Below, one piece after another: positions 16,954 to 23,713 of a stretch of 32,298 nucleotides of DNA. The position numbers were made by a program, and so were the translations under genes. Position 1 is the stretch's first letter. The number at the start of each line of letters is the position of its first letter. Below the pieces are notes generated by a model, which saw only the letters and a list, made by a program, of their open reading frames with translations, was not told the DNA's origin and searched no databases. Source of the stretch: a virus. Its lineage: Duplodnaviria; Caudoviricetes. Location: the IMG/VR virus record IMGVR_UViG_3300008266_000827, positions 1 to 32,298 of that record. The stretch is one strand, 5' to 3'.

Positions 16954-16998
16954 CAAAAAACAATTCTTAATTTTTAATTATTTTATTTAAGATAATTT

Positions 16999-17163
16999 AT
17001 GATTAAAAAAAATTCTAAGCACTGGGATTTTGATAAATCAGATCATCACTATTCTAGTCCTAAATATAAAGCTAGGCATCGAATTAATAAGACTCCAAAA
17101 AAACACAGTCTTAGATTTAAAAAACAAAAAAGAAACCTAGAATCAAATAAAATTAATTCTTAA
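16999..17163 (+). CDS. Possible small basic protein (54 aa)
   Basis: MIKKNSKHWDFDKSDHHYSSPKYKARHRINKTPKKHSLRFKKQKRNLESNKINS fills an AT-rich gap. No RBS seen. Confidence 0.3.
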   Translation: MIKKNSKHWDFDKSDHHYSSPKYKARHRINKTPKKHSLRFKKQKRNLESNKINS

Positions 17164-17298
17164 ATATTCCAGCTCCCGCTCCTGCTCCTGCTCCAGCTCC
17201 AGCTCCCGCTCCTGCTCCCGCTCCTGCTCCTGCTCCCGCTCCCGCTCCTGCTCCTGCTCCATCTTCCATGCTGCTTTAAGTATTGTTTGATTTTGCAT
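17143..17298 (-). CDS. Low-complexity peptide encoded by the hexamer array
   Basis: The ATG at 17298 lies 1 nt after the upstream stop: MQNQTILKAAWKM(E-Q/R/L)n...YLRINFI. Which frame is functional is uncertain. Confidence 0.45.
   Translation of the reverse strand: MQNQTILKAAWKMEQEQEREREQEQEREQERELELEQEQERELEYLRINFI
17172..17261 (-). repeat. Tandem hexamer array (NGGAGC)x15
   Basis: On the minus strand N reads T,A,A,G,G,A,A,G,A,G,T,T,A,A,G, followed by a partial TGGAAT. N is never C. Confidence 0.95.
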
Positions 17299-17299
17299 T

Positions 17300-17620
17300 T
17301 TATTTTTGTTTTGTGATTGGTGATGGAATTTCTGTAACATCAAGCAAAGCACCTCTCGAAATTACTACGGGCCTTTTGTATGGCTCGGCTTCTTTATGCG
17401 CGCCAGTATCGACAAAATCCGCCCATCTTTCTGTTTCTGGAATCCATGCGGCTTCATCAACTAACAACTCAAGATTATTTATTGCTTTTAATCTTCCGGT
17501 ATAAATCATTGTCACTGTTCTAAAAGCGTAAACTTTACTAATTTCTAGAAAAGATTCATTGCTTTCTTGTTGTGTTTTATCTTCACTAATTAACATTTTA
17601 ATAAGATCAAATTTGTTCAT
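17300..17620 (-). CDS. Conserved phage protein, DUF6948-like small beta barrel
   Basis: ATG at 17620 with an AAGGA RBS. YAFRTVTMIYTGRL...ELLVDEAAWI.ETERW...EAEP...VVISRGALLD pattern. Confidence 0.55.
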   Translation of the reverse strand: MNKFDLIKMLISEDKTQQESNESFLEISKVYAFRTVTMIYTGRLKAINNLELLVDEAAWIPETERWADFVDTGAHKEAEPYKRPVVISRGALLDVTEIPSPITKQK

Positions 17621-17666
17621 TTGTTTTTCCTTTTGTTGTTTATTTAATTTTAATTTAAAATTTTTC

Positions 17667-18032
17667 TTAATTTTTCTCATCCTCCGCAAGTGCTTGTCTG
17701 GCTTTAATAATTGCAAGAGTTAATGCTGATGTGTCTTTGTGAGGAAATTGTAAATGAGCCTCAGCGTGACCAATTAAGTCTTTTAAAAGACTCTCAAGCT
17801 CCGCGACGATTGCGAGATGGTCTTCTTTCGGGATAACCTCAAGCCATTTTGTCATTTGCGAAACAGAATTAGTGCCTGGATTTACAGATTGAACAATTGT
17901 ATATATCCATCTGTCTTCGCCTTTAACGGTTAAATCAATGTCGCCAAGTTCAGGTTTAAATCTGACAGGAACATCTCTTTGATTTCCTAGTGCTTTTACC
18001 CAAAAAGTCCTGACCTGCTTTTCAGTTTTCAT
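17667..18032 (-). CDS. Hypothetical protein
   Basis: ATG at 18032 (MKTEKQV) behind GAGG. C-terminal LESLLKDL...ARQALA helix typical of phage early accessory ORFs. Confidence 0.65.
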   Translation of the reverse strand: MKTEKQVRTFWVKALGNQRDVPVRFKPELGDIDLTVKGEDRWIYTIVQSVNPGTNSVSQMTKWLEVIPKEDHLAIVAELESLLKDLIGHAEAHLQFPHKDTSALTLAIIKARQALAEDEKN

Positions 18033-18034
18033 TT
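18013..18034. repeat. 22-bp direct repeat B, copy 1
   Basis: ACCTGCTTTTCAGTTTTCATTT, identical at 18231-18252. Confidence 0.95.
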
Positions 18035-18213
18035 TCAACCTCGAAACACTTCGTCACATAACATATTCCAAACAACCAATAACCCTCACAGTAATAACCT
18101 TGAGATATTCCAAAATCTTTCTTACCAAGCACTCTCCAAACCATTGCTTTCCACCATGGGAAATCGTCACCAGTGCGCATTCTGAATTCGTTTGGCTCAA
18201 TGACTTTACCCAC
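18022..18213 (-). CDS. Hypothetical protein (cassette Y)
   Basis: GTG at 18213 (or 18219) behind the GGAG of repeat A; ends NEN-stop inside repeat B. Confidence 0.55.
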   Translation of the reverse strand: MGKVIEPNEFRMRTGDDFPWWKAMVWRVLGKKDFGISQGYYCEGYWLFGICYVTKCFEVENEN

Positions 18214-18227
18214 CCTCACTCCACTTT
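18213..18227. repeat. 15-bp direct repeat A, copy 1
   Basis: CCCTCACTCCACTTT, identical at 18402-18416. Confidence 0.9.
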
Positions 18228-18230
18228 TTA

Positions 18231-18252
18231 ACCTGCTTTTCAGTTTTCATTT
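18231..18252. repeat. 22-bp direct repeat B, copy 2
   Basis: Identical to 18013-18034. Confidence 0.95.
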
Positions 18253-18401
18253 AGAGCCTTTGAGAAAGTGTCGTGATATTGCCACAACTTTTTCAGGTTG
18301 TTTTTATCTTGCTCATCGAGCGTACCAAAGTTTTGAGATTCATAAATCCAAATCCCAAAAGATATTATTTTTAAACCAATTTTTGCTTTAAGTTTTTTCA
18401 T
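18240..18401 (-). CDS. Hypothetical 53-aa protein (cassette X)
   Basis: Below the track cutoff: MKKLKAKIGLKIISFGIWIYESQNFGTLDEQDKNNLKKLWQYHDTFSKALNEN. ATGA overlap with the upstream gene; stop lies inside repeat B. Confidence 0.65.
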   Translation of the reverse strand: MKKLKAKIGLKIISFGIWIYESQNFGTLDEQDKNNLKKLWQYHDTFSKALNEN

Positions 18402-18700
18402 CCCTCACTCCACTTTCTAAGCCGCTCGATGGCTTGATTGTTTTTAATCCAAATTCCTTCCCACTCAATGTAAGTTGGATACCCTCTTGTGACTTGTCGA
18501 TGTGTTGTTTCCAATGCTTCCACACATTCCAGCAAAATAGGCAGCACTTCTTTCATGGCGGAATCGTAACCAGCTCTAAATTCATCAGAACACAACGAAT
18601 GATAAAAACTTACTTGTTTAGTTGCGTAGTCATTAGCTAACTCATTTTTATTATTTTTTCTGTGCTCAATCTTTTCTTTTAGTGTGGCATTTGAAATCAT
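18398..18700 (-). CDS. Hypothetical protein
   Basis: Likely start ATG 18700, an ATGA overlap with the upstream stop. Ends KWSEG inside repeat A. Confidence 0.6.
   Translation of the reverse strand: MISNATLKEKIEHRKNNKNELANDYATKQVSFYHSLCSDEFRAGYDSAMKEVLPILLECVEALETTHRQVTRGYPTYIEWEGIWIKNNQAIERLRKWSEG
18402..18416. repeat. 15-bp direct repeat A, copy 2
   Basis: Identical to 18213-18227. Confidence 0.9.
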
Positions 18701-18993
18701 AAAATTTCCCGAATAATTATTTTTTCCCAAACTTCAGCAGTTTGACCTGGGTCAATCGTACAAAAAGCATTCATGCCTTTATGATACCACACAGTCCACT
18801 CTCGAGGATCTTTTGGAGTTTGATATATTTCCCACTTTAATCTCATTTCAAAAACAGAAATATATGTTTCCATTTCTCTTTGATTTTCCAACACTCCATG
18901 TTTATTTAAAAAAACATATTCAAACTTGTCCCATCCATCGCATCTTACTTTATGGCCATCTAATAGCGCTTGCATTGCCTGTGTAAAAGTCAT
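18697..18993 (-). CDS. Divergent DUF2829/Tad2-like protein
   Basis: ATG at 18993 behind GGAG. MTFTQAMQALLDGHKVRCDGW...WEIY resembles the F..A...L..G.KV.R.GW...WEI family pattern. Confidence 0.55.
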   Translation of the reverse strand: MTFTQAMQALLDGHKVRCDGWDKFEYVFLNKHGVLENQREMETYISVFEMRLKWEIYQTPKDPREWTVWYHKGMNAFCTIDPGQTAEVWEKIIIREIL

Positions 18994-19006
18994 GTTATGC
19001 TCCAAC

Positions 19007-19067
19007 AAAAAAGCGCCCCAAGAACAACGGCGGTGCGAAAGGATACCTTGTAATTCAAGAGGCGCTT
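19007..19067 (-). terminator. Long hairpin with a U-tract (terminator-like or structured RNA)
   Basis: AAGCGCC at 19011-19017 pairs with GGCGCTT at 19061-19067. A6 at 19007-19012 gives a U-tract on the minus strand. Confidence 0.5.
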
Positions 19068-19072
19068 AAATT

Positions 19073-19144
19073 TTAGTATTTACCTTTTGGTTTTGCTTTT
19101 GGCATTGGCTTTTTTGAGCCAGCTTTTTTTCCTGTTTTTTTCAT
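19073..19144 (-). CDS. 23-aa Lys-rich peptide
   Basis: MKKTGKKAGSKKPMPKAKPKGKY, with a strong AAGGAGG RBS and an ATGA overlap with the YqaJ stop. Confidence 0.6.
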   Translation of the reverse strand: MKKTGKKAGSKKPMPKAKPKGKY

Positions 19145-20058
19145 AACCCCTCCTTTGGCTTTTTGAATGTTATCTTAAAGTTTCTGTAACCGTCACGCTT
19201 AACCATATACTCAGATGGTCCGACGAGCCCTGCACTTATGCTGTAGCTTAAGCCCTTAACTTTTTCCGCATCCCCAATGATAGTCAAAAGTTCAGCTTTA
19301 ATGCCATCCTTTTGTGAATCAAGAATCCTAATTTGATCCGAAACTTTTTTGTATTCAATCGCAAGCTCATCCATTCTATCTGTAGGATCTAAGATTTTAC
19401 CAGGCTCAGCATGAGCGTAAAGTTCTTTAATAAATTCAGCGTCTTTTTCAAAATTAACCTGTGGTTCAATGTTGTTCTCAATGTCATGCCAGAACTTCTC
19501 AGCCTTTTTAAAGATCGCATTCCCTATAGCTGGAGAGTAAGCCCTCTCGATAACAGTCAGGCTATTCCCTCCGACAAGAGCACAAAGATAGGTTTTGTTT
19601 TTACCAGACACTAGCATTTGATGCTGAACTTGAAGCTCAATGTGCGGAGGAGCTTCTAGGTTTATACCGTCATCAATCCAAGTCTTTGCGTATTGAATGC
19701 CGTCAACATTCTTAATTTCGACAAGAGCATCTTCTGATGGAATGTAATAATCAAACGATGCACCTATGTTTAAATCTTGAATTCTTGCATAATCTTTAAA
19801 TGGCTCAATATCTGACCATCCTTTTTCTTCTGCCACGCCCCTAGCAATAGAATCCTCAAGCCTTGAGCCCCACTTCATTCTTTCGTTTTCTTCTATTAGA
19901 TGAACTCTTTTTGATTTCTTTCTATGATACAATTCGAATTCTGTAAGATACGGGGATATTCCAAAAAGTGCGGCGATTTCTGTAGACGTTAAATCTTGAG
20001 ACCTCATAGTCAGCCAATGGTCTCTTGACTCGGGCTTAATCCATTCGCGCTTAAGCAT
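19141..20058 (-). CDS. YqaJ/lambda-exonuclease family recombination nuclease
   Basis: WLTMR...TSTEIAALFGISPY, WGSRLE, IGASFD, LVEIKN and LQVQHQMLV. ATG at 20058 with an AGGAG RBS. Confidence 0.9.
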   Translation of the reverse strand: MLKREWIKPESRDHWLTMRSQDLTSTEIAALFGISPYLTEFELYHRKKSKRVHLIEENERMKWGSRLEDSIARGVAEEKGWSDIEPFKDYARIQDLNIGASFDYYIPSEDALVEIKNVDGIQYAKTWIDDGINLEAPPHIELQVQHQMLVSGKNKTYLCALVGGNSLTVIERAYSPAIGNAIFKKAEKFWHDIENNIEPQVNFEKDAEFIKELYAHAEPGKILDPTDRMDELAIEYKKVSDQIRILDSQKDGIKAELLTIIGDAEKVKGLSYSISAGLVGPSEYMVKRDGYRNFKITFKKPKEGL

Positions 20059-20060
20059 GC

Positions 20061-20121
20061 TCAACTCCTAAATGTGTTTTGTTGCGAGACGTTTTATGTA
20101 TTATGTTGAGACATATTGCAA
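20061..20121 (-). promoter_or_regulatory. Leader/promoter element shared with recT
   Basis: TTGCAA-N30-GCAACAA-N3-ACATTTAGGAGTTGA. Confidence 0.6.
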
Positions 20122-20128
20122 ATAAAAT

Positions 20129-20155
20129 TTCAGTTTTTGAATAAATGCCCGATAA
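20129..20155 (+). promoter_or_regulatory. sigma28/FliA-like promoter
   Basis: TTCAGTTT-N11-CCCGATAA with an ATG 7 nt downstream; same geometry as 10766-10803. Confidence 0.5.
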
Positions 20156-20162
20156 TTGTCTT

Positions 20163-20597
20163 ATGAAAAAAATACTATTTATCAAATTAGCCGTTGTTTT
20201 ATTAAGTGCGTGTCAACCCCCGTCAGGAGGTGGATCTTCTAGCGAAAGCGGAGTTTCACAGATTCCAATTGTTTCAAAGTCTTGTGAATCCACCTTGCAA
20301 AGAGCATGGGTCAATGAAGTAAATAATTTAGTTTATGAGTTTCATTCTAGTTGTATTGGATACATCCCTTCTTGCGATGCGCAGTTTGATTACAACATAG
20401 ATGAAATTGACTACTCTGGAGGGACCATAAGCGTATCAGTAACTCATTCGGCAAATGTTACGGGATGCCCCTCAGTTGGAGAGCAGGCCGTTTGTACTTT
20501 TGACTATGAATCCGTTGCAGGACAAAGGAGCGGCATGTATGTCAAATGCGGAAATGGACCAGTTGTTTATTATAGAAATAGCCATGGAGTGCCTTAA
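20163..20597 (+). CDS. Cys-rich lipoprotein, candidate superinfection-exclusion moron
   Basis: Signal peptide MKKILFIKLAVVLLSA-C with a lipobox, a Gly/Ser linker and six further Cys. Antisense to its neighbours. Confidence 0.75.
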   Translation: MKKILFIKLAVVLLSACQPPSGGGSSSESGVSQIPIVSKSCESTLQRAWVNEVNNLVYEFHSSCIGYIPSCDAQFDYNIDEIDYSGGTISVSVTHSANVTGCPSVGEQAVCTFDYESVAGQRSGMYVKCGNGPVVYYRNSHGVP

Positions 20598-21178
20598 AAA
20601 GGTTTAAGAAATCCGACCAAAACCATTGTCTTGGTTCCCTTTATGGGGCGCTCTGTTCGATAAGAACCGCCTCCATTTCTTTCAATCTCACCATTTGGCT
20701 TTAACCCTGAAGTTGTATTTCCTTCACAAAGAATCATCTGTCCTGGCTTATGTTCGAATTCTAAAACGCATCCTGTATGACCATTTGAACTCGGTGGATA
20801 ATTCCAAATTGCAATTGCACCAGCAGCGGGAATCTTTTTTACTCTTTGTTTTTTAGAAGTCTTGTTCCAAACTGTCATACAATGTTCGCTTGCAAATATA
20901 GGTGAATCAATACCAGTCTTTACTTCAGCATAAGCAAGGCATGATTGAACATAAGACATACACCAAAATTCACCCTGCGCTCGGCCAATAGTTTCTTGAA
21001 TAAGTTCAACTATAGGTCCATCATTGCGTCCTGATTTTTCGCGAACACCAACCAAAGACTCACAAGCCAAACGAAACAATGTTCGAGCATCTTTTGTTTT
21101 GATTGCCTCTTGAGCTAAACCATTTAATTTTAATTTTTCATCAATGTATTTAACAAGTTTAGATTCTATTGATCTCAT
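20594..21178 (-). CDS. CHAP-domain endolysin
   Basis: Catalytic WCMSYV and GHTGCV, plus EGNT, N-terminal VGVRE..GRN.G and a C-terminal VGFLKP. Confidence 0.85.
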   Translation of the reverse strand: MRSIESKLVKYIDEKLKLNGLAQEAIKTKDARTLFRLACESLVGVREKSGRNDGPIVELIQETIGRAQGEFWCMSYVQSCLAYAEVKTGIDSPIFASEHCMTVWNKTSKKQRVKKIPAAGAIAIWNYPPSSNGHTGCVLEFEHKPGQMILCEGNTTSGLKPNGEIERNGGGSYRTERPIKGTKTMVLVGFLKPF

Positions 21179-21440
21179 TGTCTCGCTCCCTCATTGATCT
21201 TTTATTTATATTTAATTTTTGCCGATGAATAATCATGGCTTGCGGGATGTGAATTGTACAAGAAAAATTATTTGAGGATATATCATGATTAAGAGAAACA
21301 GTTATAACTTCAGCAGTTTCTCTAACAACAATTCCCACGGTTTCAATTGGATGATAATGAGATTCAATTTCGTCTATGTTCTTCCAAGCGTCCTCGGACA
21401 CGGCATCTTTCCAAAGAATGTACTCTATGGCGTACTTCAT
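21159..21440 (-). CDS. Conserved phage hypothetical protein
   Basis: WKDA...ETVGIVVRET...IPQAMI pattern; ATGA overlap with the upstream gene. Confidence 0.65.
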   Translation of the reverse strand: MKYAIEYILWKDAVSEDAWKNIDEIESHYHPIETVGIVVRETAEVITVSLNHDISSNNFSCTIHIPQAMIIHRQKLNINKRSMRERDNEINRI

Positions 21441-22198
21441 TTTGAAAACCTTTTTCCATTAACGACACAAGAAACTTCATTGCCAGTTTGAAGTATTGGA
21501 ATCTTTTGATGATAGAATAAACCAGATTCATGCTCAACATAAACTAAACCAAAACCAAGCTGCCATTGATGATGATGCTTAACATATCCAAAAACTTTGT
21601 CTTTTCTTTTGTCGCCAAGCCATCCCACAGAAAAACAAACGTGGTTCGTTCCATCAAGCCCTACAATATGCGACTCCTCAATTCGATGAATGTGACCATA
21701 AACAAGCGAGCAAAGGGCCTTTGACGCTGTCATTTTTGCCGAGCTCGCAAGAGGCTCATGCCTTGCCTTTAAATATGAATCAAGAATCTTGTGGCTTTGA
21801 TTAGGGCCATAGGGAACAAAGGTCCAATTCGGACGGCCTGCTATTTTTAAAATGTGCTCTGTTGATGTAACGCCAAACAATTGAGGACAAACGCTTGAAA
21901 TAAATCTTTCAAGTCTGAATTCGTGATTTCCTTCTAAAAAAATTTTCTTTGCATTCGGAACTGTTTTGTCAAACCAATCAAAGCACTCAATAACTTTTTC
22001 AACTTCCTCGGTCAAATTATGTAACATTTGAGGATGCTTCCCATGCCCATTAACCGCATAGAAATCAGCGAAATCACCAAGGAAAACAATTTCTTTAATA
22101 TGTGATTTATGGTGTTTTATTACATCCTGAACAAGTGCAAATGCTTTTTTATGCTCATAGGGAACGTGTGTGTCTGGTATGATAACAGCTAATTCCAC
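21437..22198 (-). CDS. Calcineurin-like metallophosphoesterase
   Basis: PDTH, LGDFAD, EGNHE, RH and YGHIHR motifs. Confidence 0.88.
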   Translation of the reverse strand: MELAVIIPDTHVPYEHKKAFALVQDVIKHHKSHIKEIVFLGDFADFYAVNGHGKHPQMLHNLTEEVEKVIECFDWFDKTVPNAKKIFLEGNHEFRLERFISSVCPQLFGVTSTEHILKIAGRPNWTFVPYGPNQSHKILDSYLKARHEPLASSAKMTASKALCSLVYGHIHRIEESHIVGLDGTNHVCFSVGWLGDKRKDKVFGYVKHHHQWQLGFGLVYVEHESGLFYHQKIPILQTGNEVSCVVNGKRFSK

Positions 22199-22234
22199 AA
22201 CTCATGGTCACACATATTCACTTAAAGAAAAGCG

Positions 22235-22266
22235 TTGACTGAAAAATAGGACAAAGGTTTAGTTTC
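22235..22266 (+). promoter_or_regulatory. Possible sigma70-type promoter for the inverted block
   Basis: TTGACT at 22235-22240 with only a weak -10 (TTTAGT at N17). AGAGGT RBS before the ATG at 22279. Confidence 0.3.
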
Positions 22267-22278
22267 TAAAAGAGGTGT

Positions 22279-22497
22279 ATGGTGGCTAAGGTCGAAATCA
22301 TCATTGAGGATTTGCCAGGGGATAAAGTTAAGATAACATCTAATCCAAGTATGGAGACGATGATTAAGATGGAACTCTCGGGATCAAACGAACTTACCTC
22401 AGCGCATGGATACGCTTATGCATGCCTGAATGAAATTCGAAAACTTTCCAAATCCCAAGATCCAACAAATAAGTTACTCATCCCAAGATTAAAATGA
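22279..22497 (+). CDS. Hypothetical protein
   Basis: 72 aa with a GAGGT RBS; first gene of the overlapping plus-strand block. Confidence 0.65.
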   Translation: MVAKVEIIIEDLPGDKVKITSNPSMETMIKMELSGSNELTSAHGYAYACLNEIRKLSKSQDPTNKLLIPRLK

Positions 22498-22691
22498 TGG
22501 TCGAGAGCCACATCTCAGAATGCGGCACTGTCATAATGATCGTCATTAAACAAGACGGCCAAGAAAACATCAATATAGAACTAGAGCAGGACGAATGTCG
22601 TAAGCTTATGCTTATGCTTGGAGACACTCTTATAAGAGCAGGGGTTATGCATGAGTTCCACACCGCCGCCAGACCAAAAGAAAAAAACTAA
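22494..22691 (+). CDS. Hypothetical protein
   Basis: 65 aa, ATGA overlap with the upstream gene. Confidence 0.55.
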   Translation: MMVESHISECGTVIMIVIKQDGQENINIELEQDECRKLMLMLGDTLIRAGVMHEFHTAARPKEKN

Positions 22692-22842
22692 TCCCGATAA
22701 ATTTGGAAAACTTGTGGTTAAATTAAAACCAAGTCAGCCGCTATTTATAGGCGATGACATAGCCATCATGTATAATAAACACACTGACAATCAAATTAGC
22801 TTGCTCGTTATTGCCCCAAGAGATATCAAAATCAAACGATGA
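22651..22842 (+). CDS. csrA: CsrA/RsmA-like RNA-binding protein
   Basis: The last 43 residues (LVVKLKPSQPLFIGDDIAI...[17 protein letters not shown]) align without gaps to E. coli CsrA 2-44 as I recall it, keeping IGD, NQ, AP and the R44 equivalent. Confidence 0.75.
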   Translation: MSSTPPPDQKKKTNPDKFGKLVVKLKPSQPLFIGDDIAIMYNKHTDNQISLLVIAPRDIKIKR

Positions 22843-23024
22843 AAATAAATAATAAAGATAAAACCCATTGCCCCAAAGGTCATCCATACTCAGATGAAAA
22901 TACTTATATTACAACAGAAGGTGGAAGGAAATGCAGGGCTTGTAAAAAAATAAAGTATCTTATCGACAAGCGTTTGCGTTCTCTATCGCATACTGTTTCA
23001 CCGCTGCAAATAAAAACCCCATGA
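22839..23024 (+). CDS. Stand-alone Cys/His putative Zn-binding domain protein
   Basis: [16 protein letters not shown]...RKCRAC, with ATGA overlaps on both sides. Confidence 0.65.
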   Translation: MKINNKDKTHCPKGHPYSDENTYITTEGGRKCRACKKIKYLIDKRLRSLSHTVSPLQIKTP

Positions 23025-23467
23025 AGTTAATACTCGATCTTTTTATGAAATTAGTTGATCTACCCACAAATCCAAATGGATGCTGGATTTTTAAAAAACG
23101 TAAAGACAGATTTGGCTACAGCTCTGTTTCATTTTCTAATTCAAAACCAATGCTTGCTCACAGATTTTCATACGAGCTTTTTAATGGAGATCAGCCAGGG
23201 GATCTGTATGTTTGCCACAGATGTGACAATAGAGGCTGTGTAAATCCGGCGCATCTATTTCTTGGAACGCCTCAAGATAATATGGATGATATGTATAAAA
23301 AGAAAAGAGACTATTCTAGCAAAATTACTCATTGTAAAAATGGGCATCTTTACGATGAAAAAAATACATATACTAACAATCTAGGCCATAAGCGCTGCAG
23401 GACTTGCAATAGAGAAAGAGCTAGAAAGTTAAAAAGAAAATCACTTGCAAGTACAGTTGTTGATTAA
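23021..23467 (+). CDS. HNH endonuclease (HNH_3-like) with a C-terminal THC..GH...CRTC domain
   Basis: GCW...GYS...AHRFSY...[27 protein letters not shown]. Confidence 0.88.
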   Translation: MKLILDLFMKLVDLPTNPNGCWIFKKRKDRFGYSSVSFSNSKPMLAHRFSYELFNGDQPGDLYVCHRCDNRGCVNPAHLFLGTPQDNMDDMYKKKRDYSSKITHCKNGHLYDEKNTYTNNLGHKRCRTCNRERARKLKRKSLASTVVD

Positions 23468-23713
23468 ATAATCTTTGGCTAAGGCAGTTTCTTTTTGAGA
23501 TAAACAATAATACCCATCAGCTGTTTCAATAGGTACAATATCTGGCTGCCCTAAAGTAAAGTTTTTTTTGTCTATTACTGGATAAACACGCGCCTCGTTT
23601 AATTGAAAGTCTACCACAGTTGGATGAAAGTCAGGGGCATCGCTGCAAGAGAGCAGACTAGCGCTTGCTAATACCGTTAAACAAATCTTGTTCAAGTTTA
23701 ATTTTTTCAGCAC
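23441..23713 (-). CDS. Lipoprotein, putative o-spanin (Rz1-like)
   Basis: Lipobox LLS-C; the start overlaps the 3' end of the upstream gene, as in overlapped spanin pairs. Confidence 0.55.
   Translation of the reverse strand: MLKKLNLNKICLTVLASASLLSCSDAPDFHPTVVDFQLNEARVYPVIDKKNFTLGQPDIVPIETADGYYCLSQKETALAKDYLINNCTCK

Noticed and set aside
10477-17261. CRISPR interpretation of the iteron array or the hexamer array
   Set aside because: The units are 5-11 bp, there are no unique spacers of about 30 bp, and there are no cas genes.
22693-22700. Third CCCGATAA box
   Set aside because: It lies inside the csrA-like coding sequence, with no CAGTTT upstream and no ATG 7 nt downstream.
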